A stretch of DNA of 58,207 nt, counting the filler, from Malassezia furfur (lineage: Eukaryota): assembly GCA_052055015.1 (NCBI GenBank). It is 3 parts of 3 records of this genome, joined end to end, with 100 filler letters (N's around TTAATTAATTAA, not from the genome) between each part and the next. Parts side by side here need not be neighbours in the genome. Positions count along the whole stretch, not along the records: positions 1 to 19,379 come from JBQJIT010000190.1; 2 more parts are not named here. One strand, given 5' to 3'. Shown here one piece after another: positions 1-11,552 of the stretch. A program made the translations under genes and the position numbers. How positions within the stretch are numbered: the stretch's first letter is position 1; each line of letters begins with the position of its first letter. Below the pieces are notes generated by a model. That model made no database searches. It was not told the origin of the DNA and saw nothing but the letters and a program-made list of their open reading frames with translations.

Positions 1-1397
1 CCGTCCGTGCCAGGCAGGTCCGGCAGCGCCTCTTTGGTCGACGCCTTGGCTCGCACGTTGGCGGCGTTGATGGCGCGGCGCTGGTGGTACACTTCGAGCG
101 TGTCCTCGAGGCGCGAGGGCAGCGTGTTGCCTCGCCGCGGGGCGTCGCCGCCCAACGTACGCGCGGAAGGCGGCACAGCGCGCGTAGATGCGCCGTCAGA
201 CGGTGTCTGTGCCGTGCGCTCCGGCTCCTCGACAAACCCAGAGCGCCCACCGGTGTGGCCTGCGTGGGCGGCAGGTGGGGCATCGAGTGTCAATGCCTCA
301 ATCGTCGACACCATCGTGTCGGGCGCCGGCACCGGCTTGCGTGGCGGCGCACGCGTCGGCGGTGCGGGGGCCACCGACGACGTGGGCGATGCCGGCGCTG
401 CACGCACGTTCCGTGACGCGCCCGTCGCACCAGGCGCACGCGCAAGTTTCATGTTGCGCGAGTTCCGCTGGAGCTGTGACGCGCCAGGCGTCGGCAGGGG
501 GCGCGGGTGCCCCATGTCATTGTCGGCAGCGTGCGTCGCCGCACCCGCGCCGCGGTCGTCTTCCCTCGTGTCCGGTGCCGACGGCGTTGCGTCGGCCTCG
601 CCAACGTCGCGGGCCACTGGCAGCTGGCTATGCACAGCAAGCAGGCTGCCCGGTCGCCGCGCACGCTCTGCCATGGGCCCCGCTGGCGCCTCGGTCGAGG
701 AGACATCGCGCGCGTCCGGGCGGATCTGCTTCCGCAGCGAGCTCGAGCGGCGGGCGACAGACGAGTTGCGACGCAGCAGGCGGTTCGCGGCAACCACCGC
801 TTCGCCCTGCTCGTCGCTTGCGCCATCGAGGGGCGGTGATAGCGACGCGCGCGGCGTGGGTATGTTGGAATCGGTCTCGTGTTGACTCACATTGCGCTCC
901 GCCTGTTCTTTCATAAACCGACGAAAGTCGGCAGGGGAGATTTCGGGGTGGGCACCTGCCGGCACCCAGAGCAGCGGCGCGCCAGAGCCGGGAGCGCCGT
1001 ACGAGGCCGCCTCCTCCGCCGTCGGCGGCTCGGGGAGTGGCCCTTTTTCCTGCGCGTCGGCCGTCTGAGCGGCGCGCGCGTTGCGGCGTGCGAGGTACCG
1101 CGCACGATGCGAGGATCCAAAGAGGGGGGGGTTAACATTGAAGTGGTGTTCGTCAAACGCAAACGCGCCGAGGCCCGTATCTGGGGGGGTCGAAGGCACC
1201 GGATACGACGAGCTCGCGGTGCTCGACGCCGAGGCCTGGCTATCGAGCGAAGGCCGCGACTCGGAGAACACACCAGGTACCTGCAGGTCCGGCAAGTCCG
1301 GATCCAGTACCGCGCGGTTCACCGATTGCCGTCGGCGGGTGCGCAGAGCCTCGACTTCGCGCTGGAGCTCGAGATCGGTGATCTCGGGATTCGCCAT
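1..1397 (-). CDS. Zds1-like protein (PP2A-Cdc55 regulator family), 5' part; runs off the window edge
   Basis: Hand translation of the minus strand from ATG 1397 (MANPEITDLELQREVEALR...) is open to position 1. It contains LLWVPAGAHPEISPADF, resembling the Zds1 LLWVPAxxHP motif. Absent from the ORF track because the stop lies outside the window. Confidence 0.6.
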   Translation of the reverse strand, partial: MANPEITDLELQREVEALRTRRRQSVNRAVLDPDLPDLQVPGVFSESRPSLDSQASASSTASSSYPVPSTPPDTGLGAFAFDEHHFNVNPPLFGSSHRARYLARRNARAAQTADAQEKGPLPEPPTAEEAASYGAPGSGAPLLWVPAGAHPEISPADFRRFMKEQAERNVSQHETDSNIPTPRASLSPPLDGASDEQGEAVVAANRLLRRNSSVARRSSSLRKQIRPDARDVSSTEAPAGPMAERARRPGSLLAVHSQLPVARDVGEADATPSAPDTREDDRGAGAATHAADNDMGHPRPLPTPGASQLQRNSRNMKLARAPGATGASRNVRAAPASPTSSVAPAPPTRAPPRKPVPAPDTMVSTIEALTLDAPPAAHAGHTGGRSGFVEEPERTAQTPSDGASTRAVPPSARTLGGDAPRRGNTLPSRLEDTLEVYHQRRAINAANVRAKASTKEALPDLPGTD

Positions 1398-1782
1398 CGT
1401 GCGCGTGCTCAGCGCGCCGGCAAGACAGTCGTCCGTCAGGCAACCGTCAAAGGGGGTGCATGCAACGACCTCCGCCTACCGTCCGCGTTGCTTCGCACGT
1501 CCACAAGCGCCGCGATCGCCGAGTGTTGCCGTGGCCTGGAAAACCAACGGCGGCGTTACGAGCCACACGCCTGGGCCCGATCCCATTACATGAGCAACAC
1601 GCGCCGCCCGATCGTCGAACACTACAACAGCCTATCATGTGACCCGTACCTGACGCGTCCTCCACAGTTCACGCAAGGCGCAGTCTTGCGCAGGACGCGT
1701 CGCATACGCGCGGACCCTGGACGCTCAGCCGCCAAGCACGCATGATGTGTCAGCCGCACCGCGTGGGTGAACGAGCGACCGA

Positions 1783-3615
1783 TCAGCGCACCTGTTTCAC
1801 GTACAAGGCCCCCGGATTCGACGTACTGTCCACCGTATAGCCACGCTGCTGCAGGTACCGCACCAGAGCGGGGCGGAGCACCGACACATTGTGCCGGCTG
1901 TGCACACCGCGGCCCGTGATGATCTCCAAAAAGGTCCGCGCGCCGCTAGGCCGGCTCCGTGCAAGCTTCTGCTGCACCACTGTCAGCGCTTCATGCACCG
2001 TCAGCCCATGTAGATCAATCCGCTCCATCTCCGTTACCCGTCCGTCGATCGCCATGTCCGTCTGTCGCTGCTCCACGAGTGCCGATGCTGCACGCATCTG
2101 CCACCGTCGCGCTGCCGCATCGTACTTGCGCGCTTCCTCAGCATACACACTTGCAGCTCCACCCAGCGTCGCCGACGCGCCACGGTAGCGCCGCGCAGAG
2201 ACAGCCGCTTGCCGAAGAGCAGCGTCGCGCTTCTCCCGCAACTCAGCGGCACGAAGCTGGCACTCTTCCTTGGAAAAGGTGCCGCCCAAGTCGGGCTCGG
2301 CCGCCACGGCACTCAGCTCAACCTGCTGCGCCGATGCGGGCAGTACCACGGCCGTTTGCCCCTGGAGAAGCGCATCCTTTGCCAATGAGGTGCTACTCGG
2401 GGTAGAGGCCGCGGCACGTGCCGATCGCCCGGCGTACGTGCGGTCGTTGGCATCCATCCATCGTGGTGCAGGGCCGGTCCCCACCTGGCGCTTCTGCGTG
2501 ATCGTGGGGGTATACAGCGCCACGGATGGGTCGTCACTCGCGAGCTTCGCCGTGGGATCCAGTAGGTCGGGGCGATTGTAAACGCCATCGGCCGCCGCTG
2601 CAACGACTTCGCGCAGCTGAAGGAGATCGAGCGCCGCGGATTGCTCGCCTTTGGTCGCGGCAAGTACCTCGGCAATCACCCGAGAATCGCCTCCCGTGAT
2701 GCTCGTGAGCGTCTCGCACATGACCGGAAAGTCCGGCATCTGCTGAGCTGCCACGGCCGTCGGTTGCGCCGCTGCGTACGCCATGGCTCGTGCCATGGTC
2801 ACATGGAGATTGAAGGACGCCTGATTAAAGATGCTCTGGATCTTGGTCTGCGGCACATCCAGCAGCGTCGCAAGTTGTGTGAGTGTGGACGAGGCGAGCA
2901 ACCACTGCTGATCGCCGACCAGCTTCTCGTTTGCAGCCAAGGCATCTTTTTCAGCGTTTTGGAGACGCCGCGCAAACTCGGCATCGTCTAGTCCTTCCTC
3001 AGCGACCACTGGGGGTGAAGGTGCACGGGAACGTTGCGACGAGCTCGTAGCAATAGTGCGTCGATCTGCATAGATATGGTGTGCGCTCCGCTGGTCGGTC
3101 AAACTCACGGTCTGCGCTTTCCGATTTCCACCCGCCTTGGCTTTGGACTTGCTAGGCTTTTTTCGTTGCATACCCGAAGCGAGTGCATCGTAGTCAAGCC
3201 CTCCCTTTTTGGGCGCAGACTTTTCTCCCATATCCAAGTTCAACATGTCCTGCGCAAGCAGAGCATCCATCGCGACATCGACATCGCCTTGGGCTTCGTC
3301 TAAACTCTTCCGAAGCGCCGTAAGAGCTTTGTTGGGAAACGATTGTGCAAGGAAATTTAACAAAGAATCTTTTTCATAGTCGTGCTCCTCTGTTTCTTTG
3401 GTCGCCTCTTCATCGAGCACAGGCGCGGGTGTATCGGCGGGCTGCGTCGCATCAGCAGCCTCCTCCACCCGCGCAGCCTCGGCAAGGTCCGAGAGAATTT
3501 GAATTGTCTCTTCACCAGGACGGTCAGATTCACTGGACAGTGCAAGCACCAAGCTTGGATCAAGTGGGGGACAGAACTGGCGCACAAGGGCGTCCGTACC
3601 GCCAGAATCGTCCAT
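1783..3615 (-). CDS. CUE/Smr-domain endonuclease (Cue2/N4BP2-like)
   Basis: C-terminal Smr motifs IDLHGLTVHEA and IITGRGVHS; CUE-like segment LAQSFPN...DVDVAMDALL. First ATG at 3615. Confidence 0.8.
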   Translation of the reverse strand: MDDSGGTDALVRQFCPPLDPSLVLALSSESDRPGEETIQILSDLAEAARVEEAADATQPADTPAPVLDEEATKETEEHDYEKDSLLNFLAQSFPNKALTALRKSLDEAQGDVDVAMDALLAQDMLNLDMGEKSAPKKGGLDYDALASGMQRKKPSKSKAKAGGNRKAQTVSLTDQRSAHHIYADRRTIATSSSQRSRAPSPPVVAEEGLDDAEFARRLQNAEKDALAANEKLVGDQQWLLASSTLTQLATLLDVPQTKIQSIFNQASFNLHVTMARAMAYAAAQPTAVAAQQMPDFPVMCETLTSITGGDSRVIAEVLAATKGEQSAALDLLQLREVVAAAADGVYNRPDLLDPTAKLASDDPSVALYTPTITQKRQVGTGPAPRWMDANDRTYAGRSARAAASTPSSTSLAKDALLQGQTAVVLPASAQQVELSAVAAEPDLGGTFSKEECQLRAAELREKRDAALRQAAVSARRYRGASATLGGAASVYAEEARKYDAAARRWQMRAASALVEQRQTDMAIDGRVTEMERIDLHGLTVHEALTVVQQKLARSRPSGARTFLEIITGRGVHSRHNVSVLRPALVRYLQQRGYTVDSTSNPGALYVKQVR

Positions 3616-3770
3616 GGCCAAACCTCAACCTTCTCCGCAGACGAAATGTTTGCCTCCACATAGGGCAAGTGCCTAGGTTACCTAATAAACAACAGCAACA
3701 CTTGCAGCAAGTTTAAGGTTGGGTGGGCATTGACGCCTGCGGTGCTCTAGTTGTATCTCGATACATTACT

Positions 3771-4771
3771 ATGACGCGGCATCCAAGGCCAGGACCACTT
3801 AGGAGTCGCAGTAGAGAGGCCTCACGATCGACAACGAGAGAAGCATCTTCTCGTGCAACAGGATGTGCGGATGAACAGGAGCTGGAGCACATGCTTGGAA
3901 ACTTGCTGAACGATATACCCGCTCGCCGTATCTATGGGGCACAAAGAAGATATAACGTGCTTTTTCCTCGTCCGCATATCAGAGAACTCGGATACACCGC
4001 TAAGGAACTGGAAGGCAGCGAGAATCTGCTACAGAAACCGCATTCATACTCCATCAAGTTTCCAAGCCCGTCAGCGGCTCATGCTGAAGGTATGCAATAC
4101 AAACTAACACACCAGTCTTTGATCGTCCAGAATACCCACAGTCTCCTGTGCCAGTACACAAAAACGCATCGGCCAACCGCAACTCTCGTACCAGCATCGC
4201 AATGGCATCCCTCGACCATGAACGCCTTTTACATCAACAACGCGGTCGATGGAAATCTTTGCATACTTCTACGCATACACCGAATATCGCACATCTTGCA
4301 GCAGATGATCTCAAGGAAAATTGGCTGCCAATTGCGCAAAAAGAGCAGAACAAAACAGCCGGTTCAGTCGGGTCTCGTCCCTTGAAATCGTCAACGCGAG
4401 GAAATGGACATATTACAGCTTCAGGGGTACCTGTACCAAGAAACGCGACACCGAGGCGCGAGCCCTTGCAAGAACAAGATGTGTTTTTCTCGCCAAAAGT
4501 GATCTCTGCTTTGCCTGCGGGCCTCTCAAACGATGCAACGGGGGAGCAAGAAGACTCAGGTTCGAGTTCTTATTACATGTTCCCCTTACATACCCCCGAA
4601 CAGCCGCGTCTCGACTTCTACGAACCGACTGACCCTTTCGCAGATGCGATCTTATTCGATGAGCAATACGCATTCCGAAGACGACGTATAATCCGGAACG
4701 CAAGCAAATCAACGATAGCTTTCCACCTTCCTACTGGGTCTCTAGACATTCAGGGGCACCAAGGTGTTTAA
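3771..4771 (+). CDS. Hypothetical protein, two exons (26-nt intron 4090-4115)
   Basis: Removing GTATGC...ACTAAC...CAG (4090-4115) joins ORF 3723-4385 in frame to ORF 4148-4771. No family recognised. Confidence 0.55.
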
Positions 4772-4887
4772 TCAATTGTATATACGCATATTCTCAGGTG
4801 CAAGTAGGGCGAGCAGTCAGGAGAGCATTCTACATAACTTCTTGCTAGGGATTATATTGTCTATGTCGCTACTCCATTTCAACTGAA

Positions 4888-4998
4888 GGCAAGATGGCCG
4901 AGTGGTCTAAGGCGCTGTGTTCAGGCTCCTTCAAAGGGATACCTTGACAACAAAATCGCAGTCTCCCTGAGGCGTGGGTTCGAATCCCACTCTTGTCA
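4888..4998 (+). tRNA. tRNA-Leu(CAG) with ~30-nt intron (4926-4955)
   Basis: Acceptor stem GGCAAGA/TCTTGTC; A-box TGGCCGAGTGG; anticodon stem CTGTG/CGCAG around TT-CAG-G; long variable arm; GGTTCGAATCC; downstream T-run. Confidence 0.93.
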
Positions 4999-5290
4999 CA
5001 CTTTTTGCATTTTTATTTTTTGGATCAGAAATGGCGTCTGCACCCTTTTTTTTTTTTAGTCAACCAGCTGCGCATTCAGTTGGATTACCAAGCTATTTGC
5101 CTTGGCAAAAATCGCCGATCCTACTGGACTGCTGCCAAATAGTATGTCGTATGAGCTAAGGTCTCCCTCCGTTATAAAGCGCGTCGTCTCCTCCCCTTTC
5201 CCCACTTCTTAAATTTTATACCCCTCGCCTAGAAGGAAAAATTCGCTCTTCTCTGTTTTCGTCGCTGGTGTACCTGAACTTGCAGCTATA

Positions 5291-7009
5291 ATGACGACGA
5301 ACCAGAACATACCAACGGACGTGGAGCACCACATGGCTCCCGCTGAGATCAAGAAAGCCGAGGAGCTCAAGGAAGACATCCGCGAGCATGACGAGATGCT
5401 AATTCGCTCGAACCACATCGAGGCTGCGGCCATCGACGAGGTGTATGGCCGGAAAGTTTACATCTTTAACAAGATTATTAACGAGCATATCGGCATGACC
5501 TGGTGGCAGTGGGGTCTGCTCTGTGTTTCCGGTGTGGGGTGGCTCATTGATAACGCGTGGCTGCAGGGTGTTGCCATCATTCTGCCGCAAGTTGCCAACG
5601 AGTTCAACGTGGAGCACCCCGAGTTCATGACGGTCGCTCTGTATGCCGGTCTCATCTGCGGTGCTGCGTTCTGGGGTATCGCGGCCGATATTCTGGGACG
5701 CCGTCTTTCGTTCAACGCTACTCTTTTTATTGCTGGTGTGTTTGGTATTGCCGCGGGTGGTCCGACCAACTTCACGGCCCTCGGTGGCCTTTTGGCCGCT
5801 CTGGGTTTCGGCTTGGGTGGTAGTCTGCCGGTGGATGGCATGCTTTTCCTCGAGTTCCTGCCGGGAAACAGCCAATATCTGCTGACGCTGCTTTCCGTCT
5901 TCTGGTCCCTGGGCCAGCTGATGGCATCGCTGATCGGCTGGGGCTTTATTGCTACCTGGCATTGTGTTGATGCTCAGTGTTCGGTCAAGAACGGCAGTGG
6001 TTGGGTCACCGACAACGTCGGCTGGCGCTACTTCAACTTCACGATTGGTGCATTTACGCTCGCGTGTTTCTTCCTGCGTTTTGTTGTGTTCAAGATTCCC
6101 GAGAGTCCCAAGTTCCTGCTCTCGAAGGGCCGCGATGAGGAAGCCGTCGAGGCGATGAAGCGCTTTGCTATCATGTGTGGCAAGCCGCTGCCCGATGACA
6201 TGCTTACGGTCGAAATCCTGCGCTCGGCTGCTGGTCAAGACGACGCAATGGACGACGACCCGTCGGTGGAGGAGCTGATTCACGAGCACCCCAAGAACCT
6301 GGTGGGCAAGACGATCCACGACATCCGCATGTTTATGTTCAACGCGCGCACGATCGACATGCGGAAGTCGATCACGCACATCAAGCCGCTGTTTTCGACG
6401 TTTGCGCTTGGCTACACTACGGTGGTGATTTGGATCCTGTGGGCCTTCATTGGTCTTGCATACCCGCTCTTCAACTCGTTCATTCTTCTGTATCTCGAGA
6501 AGTCGGGTGGTGGCAGTGACGTTACCACCAACTCCATGTCGGAGACCTACCGCAACTATGTGATCATTTCGGTGTGTGGTATCCCCGGCAGTCTGCTTGC
6601 CACGTGGATGGTCAACCTGCCCCGCAGTGGTCGTCGCGGTGCGATGGCCATCGGTACGCTGCTGAGTGGTATTTTCCTTTATGGCTTCACGGCGATGTCA
6701 ACGAGTGATGGTACCCTTGCATTCAGTTGTGTGACGGCGTTCACGCAAAACATCATGTATGGCGTGTTGTACTGCTACACGCCCGAATCCTTCCCCGCGC
6801 CCATGCGTGGAACGGCCGATGGAATTGCCTCAAGCCTCAACCGCATGTTTGGTATCCTTGCGCCGATCATCAAAATCTATGGCGTGCCCGCTGATGCCAC
6901 CAAGACGCAGGCGTCCGTGCCGATCTATGTCGGCGCGACGCTGTTCATGATCTCTGGTCTGCTGATGCTCACGCTGCGTGTGGAGACAGCAGCCCGCACA
7001 TCTCTGTAA
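5291..7009 (+). CDS. Major facilitator superfamily transporter (sugar-porter/SV2-like)
   Basis: 572-aa ORF with about 12 hydrophobic helices; motifs ADILGRR, PESPKFL, YTPESFPAPMRGT. Confidence 0.9.
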   Translation: MTTNQNIPTDVEHHMAPAEIKKAEELKEDIREHDEMLIRSNHIEAAAIDEVYGRKVYIFNKIINEHIGMTWWQWGLLCVSGVGWLIDNAWLQGVAIILPQVANEFNVEHPEFMTVALYAGLICGAAFWGIAADILGRRLSFNATLFIAGVFGIAAGGPTNFTALGGLLAALGFGLGGSLPVDGMLFLEFLPGNSQYLLTLLSVFWSLGQLMASLIGWGFIATWHCVDAQCSVKNGSGWVTDNVGWRYFNFTIGAFTLACFFLRFVVFKIPESPKFLLSKGRDEEAVEAMKRFAIMCGKPLPDDMLTVEILRSAAGQDDAMDDDPSVEELIHEHPKNLVGKTIHDIRMFMFNARTIDMRKSITHIKPLFSTFALGYTTVVIWILWAFIGLAYPLFNSFILLYLEKSGGGSDVTTNSMSETYRNYVIISVCGIPGSLLATWMVNLPRSGRRGAMAIGTLLSGIFLYGFTAMSTSDGTLAFSCVTAFTQNIMYGVLYCYTPESFPAPMRGTADGIASSLNRMFGILAPIIKIYGVPADATKTQASVPIYVGATLFMISGLLMLTLRVETAARTSL

Positions 7010-7067
7010 TAGCATTCGTCCGCATTTGTATGTTGCCTACGATTTTCGCATCATAGAATTGCTAATA

Positions 7068-10000
7068 TCACGTTCCTTTGTATCGTTGACGCTCCCACTC
7101 GCTCCACAGCGCTTTGAAGATGATCTGGCCGCTGGCGTCTAGCATGCCTTTGAGCACCGCATCCCGCTCGTACTTGCTGACCAGGTCGCACAGCGCATAC
7201 AGACCTGGCTGTAGCTCTTGGCGCACCGGCGTCGCAAGGGTGGTGATGCTCTGCGTGACGCAGCGCACGTAGGCCACAAGAATGTACACGGCATGCTTCG
7301 ACATGGAGCGTGCAAGCGATTCCGTGGTCCCGGCGTGCTCGTCGGTCGAGACCCGCCGCCGCTTATGGGCGACGATGGTTGCGATCGAGGTCGACTTGGC
7401 TGGGACCTCGGCAAAAAGACGACTGAGTGCACGCGCTTTGGCGGCGCCAAGCGGATGCGACGCAACGTCGAGCCATCCCGGTGTGGCGGCAGCGAGTCGG
7501 TGGAGCTGCGTACGCCCCACATTGGATCGCTGCAGCGATTGCAGTAGGGGCAGCAGCAGGCACAGTATCTCGGTCAGCTGCGGGAGGAAGGCGCTGAGCA
7601 GGTCCTTCCGGAGCCGAATGATGGCATGCAACGTCGACACGAGGCCCGTGAAGATGGTCACAGCTTCGTCGCAGTCCTCGGTGCGGTTTTCGCGGCCACT
7701 GGGGCCCACAAGACATGACATAAGAGCAAAGATGCGCGGCACATCGAGCGGCCGTAGGATCAGTGCACGGTTGCTGCACACGCGGTCAAGCAGGGCCACC
7801 ATCGGGCTTGCAAGGCTGGGAGTGCGGTGCAGCGCGAGCGGCAGACGTGCCAAGAGCGAGGAGAAATGGGTGCTGGCAATGCGGCTCGTCCCACTTGGAC
7901 CATGCTGCAGTAGCACCGCCAAAAGGGTCAGCAGAGCCGCTTGCTCGCGTTCATCGTTAGCGATGGTTGCCTTGGCGACGTTGCCATCGGCAAACGCCAT
8001 CTCGATCACATGCAGGATGTGGGCATAGGCATCGCTGTCCATGTGGGTGACCAGAGCCGTGTATTGCGCAAGCAGCGAGGCCGATCCATGTTCATCCAAG
8101 GAATAGAACAACGTAGCAAACACCACCGATAGCGTCACGTACGACGAAGCGACCAGCCCAATAGGGTGCATAGCAATCAGCGCCGAGAAGATGGCATCCG
8201 CGAGCGGAGCAGCAGAGCGTGGCGCCAGGGTGTGGGAACGCAACGCCGTACGAAGGGCATCGGCTGCCTCGACAAGCTGTGCGCCTGCATCCGCACCCGG
8301 TTCGGCTGCCGCAGTAATGGCGTCAGTAGCCTTGCAGAGGCGCATCAGCGCCGCAAATGCACGCACGCGAACGGCGGCCTTGTGCACCGCCGCTTCGCTC
8401 CAGTCGTCTCCGATCTTTGGTAGCGAAGCAACTTGGAGGAGTGGTGCACAGCTCTGCGTAGAAAGCTCGTATTGGGCTTCAGCAAGCCACTCGACCACAG
8501 TGGTAAAAGCCTGCTGTGCCATTTCCGTGCCCTGGCCGAGTTTCGCGAGGTAGGGAAGAAGCTTGGACATGTCGTGCGCACCACGACGGAGCATCTCACG
8601 GAGCAAATCCATGCTTGCCTCCATAAAAGTGAGGTCAGGCGTGGGAATGCGAGAGAGCGCGTCGAGATACTGGGGCAGGGGAAGTATCTCGGGCAGGGTA
8701 TGTACCGCACTGGCCGCACGGAAAAGAACCTGCTTGAGCGGCAGGCTGAACACCGATGGGTGCATGGTCAGCGCCACATCGAGCCAGGTGAGGCGGGGCA
8801 GAAGCACGTCGAGGCTGCTGCGCGGGAGGTACGAAATGGGCAACGCATCAAGCAAGGCAATGGAAGCAAGGGCACGATGCAGGGAATCCGTTTGGGCCAG
8901 CTTGGACGGCGGCTGCGCCGTGTCGATCCACGACGTAGCATGCAGGACCCAGTCAAGCAGCGCTGTACGCCAATGCGGCTGCTCCAAGAATTGGGCATTA
9001 CGGACGACCGTACGACTCAGTTGCGCTTGCCAAGAAGTCGGGTTGTTCAGAGTCAACTCGAGGTGCCCCACCAGCGGCGCCAGCTGCGCAGGCTCCAAGG
9101 TATCAAGCACAACAATCCATCGCGTCGTAAGGAGGCGCCACAATGCCACGGGCAATACACTTGCCGGCATACCAAACACCTGGCCGTCCCAGGCAGGGAA
9201 TGGGTCGGGAATGGCCTGCTGTAGCAACGGCAGCAGCGGGCCTTCGATCATTGCAACGAGCTGGGCCTTGGCCTCATCGTCTTGCTTGTTGTGCACTTGA
9301 CGCAGTTCCATTGCGCCGAGCACCGAGCGGAAGGCCTCAACGGCCAACTCGGGTTCGCCAGCGTCCAAGTATGGACGCATGTCGCCCAGCGTGTGCAGTG
9401 CCACAAAGTCGGGGAGCGCTTCGTCGAGCGCAAGGGCATGATGTACCATGCGGCGCATCAGCACAAACCAAAGACGCAAACCAGATGCAGCCACGCTGCG
9501 CGGACTGCCTGGTCGCAACCCAATCTCCGTGCAACGGTCTGCCAGTTGCGCGATGGCCGCCAGGTCGGAAGTGAGCTCCGCCGTCTGGCTCAAGCCGACG
9601 CTCTTGGCTACCAGTAAAAGGATCTGTGACATGCACAGGAACTGGGGTATCGATGCATCGAGGCACGTTTGGGCCATTTGTAGAGTGTCTTGGAGTAACG
9701 GTGCGGCTTGGTTGTGTGATGTGGCATCCCGCAGACGGCTTCCCCAGAGCTCCGACGTGGCTCGGCAGAAAAAGGGGCTACGCACCAACAGGGCACACTC
9801 ATCGTCTCCCGTTGCAACGCGCATAATGACGTCGCGCGCCATCTCTACCATGCAAGGCATTTCACGCAGCTGGGCGTGGTGGTCGAGGACAAGCCGGATG
9901 AGATCCTGGGCCGCGTCGCGGGACGCGTCCGTTGCGTACGCCGTCTCCGCAAGCATAGTGACCAGATGGGGAGCGATGCTGTCGCTGTTGACCGCCCAGA

Positions 10001-11150
10001 GCGCCGACAGCGTCGCATAGCACGTCGACGTACGTTCATGGGCCTTCATGTATGCGAGGGTATCTGTGCAGAGCTGCACCCACAGTGCAGTCCAAATCGT
10101 GTCGTCCGCGCTAGGCTGAAAGAGGGCCAGCACATCAATCTGTCGCACAAGGGCAAGGCGCGCCGTCGTTGCGGCGCGCGCAAACGATGCTTGGTGCAAG
10201 CACGAGTGCATAGCGGTGCATACCGGCACGATGTACAGCTCCAAGACACTGTGCCGTTGCGCAGCCGAGAGCGCCGAGGCATCACCTGCACTGCGCAGTG
10301 CTTGAACCAGTTGGGTGAGGAAGCAGGGGAGCGCCGCGACGACCACCTCGGTGTGAGATAGCCGCTCAACGAGTTGCGTGGTCAACGCGCCTGCGGTGTC
10401 GAGGATGGGCTGAACCTCTCGCCCGCTAGACAAAGTAGGTGGCCCAAACAGCGACGATTCCGACAGATCCATAAGCAGCGCACGAAGCTGGGAAGTGTCG
10501 AGCGCCTCGACGTGGACCCATGCGGTAGCAAAAGCGTCAAGTGACTCCTGCAGGAAGAACTTGCTCGTCTTTTTTGCGTTCGATCCGAGCTCCAATGCTG
10601 GCCGCCAGTATTCGAGCATCGCCGCGAGAAATTCGACGGTGACGTCGACCTGGGTAGCCTCACAGACCCTGGGGAGGGCGCGGAACACGTCGACAAAGCA
10701 CGCATTGACCGCATCCACATGGATCGCACCATGCCGCCGCACACCTGCGCGCACAATCCGCGCCAAAACCGGCGCAGCAGTCGCCCACAGCGATGCGTCC
10801 GAGTCGGACAGGACATGAGACGTCAGCTGCAGAAAATGGTACTTTCCCGCTAGACCGTGCAGCAGGTCACTTGCATCGCGCGGGAGAGCCTCCTGCAAAA
10901 ACTTCCAATAGCGCGGATTGAGGTGGTACGGCTCGTGGGTCTTGGGCTTGGCCGACTGCGACAACGTCTCAATGGCCGCATCGACGAGCAGCTCGGTCTT
11001 CTTGGGTATATACATGGACTGGTCGTTCCATGCCTCGCACAAGAGGTCAATACGCATCGGCTGTCCATTTGCACCCGTGTCGGGCCGCTTCAAGGCCTTC
11101 ACGAGCGCCTCGGACGTCGTGACGCCCCAGGCGTCAAGCGCATGCGCCAT
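7068..11150 (-). CDS. URB2: Nucleolar pre-rRNA processing protein Urb2/Npa2
   Basis: 1360-aa helical protein; the C-terminus ([12 protein letters not shown]...[11 protein letters not shown]...FKALWSEW) fits the Urb2 domain. Confidence 0.7.
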   Translation of the reverse strand: MAHALDAWGVTTSEALVKALKRPDTGANGQPMRIDLLCEAWNDQSMYIPKKTELLVDAAIETLSQSAKPKTHEPYHLNPRYWKFLQEALPRDASDLLHGLAGKYHFLQLTSHVLSDSDASLWATAAPVLARIVRAGVRRHGAIHVDAVNACFVDVFRALPRVCEATQVDVTVEFLAAMLEYWRPALELGSNAKKTSKFFLQESLDAFATAWVHVEALDTSQLRALLMDLSESSLFGPPTLSSGREVQPILDTAGALTTQLVERLSHTEVVVAALPCFLTQLVQALRSAGDASALSAAQRHSVLELYIVPVCTAMHSCLHQASFARAATTARLALVRQIDVLALFQPSADDTIWTALWVQLCTDTLAYMKAHERTSTCYATLSALWAVNSDSIAPHLVTMLAETAYATDASRDAAQDLIRLVLDHHAQLREMPCMVEMARDVIMRVATGDDECALLVRSPFFCRATSELWGSRLRDATSHNQAAPLLQDTLQMAQTCLDASIPQFLCMSQILLLVAKSVGLSQTAELTSDLAAIAQLADRCTEIGLRPGSPRSVAASGLRLWFVLMRRMVHHALALDEALPDFVALHTLGDMRPYLDAGEPELAVEAFRSVLGAMELRQVHNKQDDEAKAQLVAMIEGPLLPLLQQAIPDPFPAWDGQVFGMPASVLPVALWRLLTTRWIVVLDTLEPAQLAPLVGHLELTLNNPTSWQAQLSRTVVRNAQFLEQPHWRTALLDWVLHATSWIDTAQPPSKLAQTDSLHRALASIALLDALPISYLPRSSLDVLLPRLTWLDVALTMHPSVFSLPLKQVLFRAASAVHTLPEILPLPQYLDALSRIPTPDLTFMEASMDLLREMLRRGAHDMSKLLPYLAKLGQGTEMAQQAFTTVVEWLAEAQYELSTQSCAPLLQVASLPKIGDDWSEAAVHKAAVRVRAFAALMRLCKATDAITAAAEPGADAGAQLVEAADALRTALRSHTLAPRSAAPLADAIFSALIAMHPIGLVASSYVTLSVVFATLFYSLDEHGSASLLAQYTALVTHMDSDAYAHILHVIEMAFADGNVAKATIANDEREQAALLTLLAVLLQHGPSGTSRIASTHFSSLLARLPLALHRTPSLASPMVALLDRVCSNRALILRPLDVPRIFALMSCLVGPSGRENRTEDCDEAVTIFTGLVSTLHAIIRLRKDLLSAFLPQLTEILCLLLPLLQSLQRSNVGRTQLHRLAAATPGWLDVASHPLGAAKARALSRLFAEVPAKSTSIATIVAHKRRRVSTDEHAGTTESLARSMSKHAVYILVAYVRCVTQSITTLATPVRQELQPGLYALCDLVSKYERDAVLKGMLDASGQIIFKALWSEWERQRYKGT

Positions 11151-11173
11151 GGCCAGAGAGCAACTTTTCTGGG

Positions 11174-11179
11174 CACGTG
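11174..11179. promoter_or_regulatory. CACGTG (bHLH/Cbf1-type) site in the 56-bp divergent URB2/bL36m promoter
   Basis: Palindrome near the middle of the spacer between ATGs at 11150 and 11207; the same motif recurs in many spacers. Confidence 0.5.
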
Positions 11180-11206
11180 ACGATCGTCTTCTTGGGAGCG
11201 ACCACG

Positions 11207-11486
11207 ATGCTACTCCGCGCCAGTGTTCCGCTCGTCCGGCAAGTCGTTGCCGCGCGGCCCCTGCCGGCGCTGGCGATGCCGTCTCCAGCGATGATGCCGC
11301 GCATTCTCACGCCGCAGCCCGTCGTTCCTCAAATGGTGCGCGGCATGAAGGTGCGCGCGTCGGTCAAGAAGAAGTGCAACCACTGTGCCATTGTCCGCCG
11401 CAAAGGCCGGCTATACGTGATCTGCAGCAAGAATCCGAAGCACAAGCAGGTATGTGCAGAAAAACTGACCAAAGCGGCAAGGATAA
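11207..11486 (+). CDS. RTC6: Mitochondrial ribosomal protein bL36m (25-nt intron 11450-11474)
   Basis: Presequence followed by [35 protein letters not shown]; splicing restores the conserved ending KHKQRQG-stop. Confidence 0.92.
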
Positions 11487-11552
11487 CAGCTTGATACCTA
11501 ACGTCTGTATTTTCCAATATAGATAGCACGACACCCCTATACGCTATCCATT

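Noticed and set aside
7..1745. Plus-strand ORFs 7-885 and 879-1745
   Set aside because: Largely antisense to the Zds1-like gene on the minus strand.
4888..4998. tRNA(CAG) as a sign of CUG codon reassignment
   Set aside because: It has the Leu-type A discriminator and U33, and CTG codons fall at conserved Leu positions (e.g. RPL23 MTLGLP).
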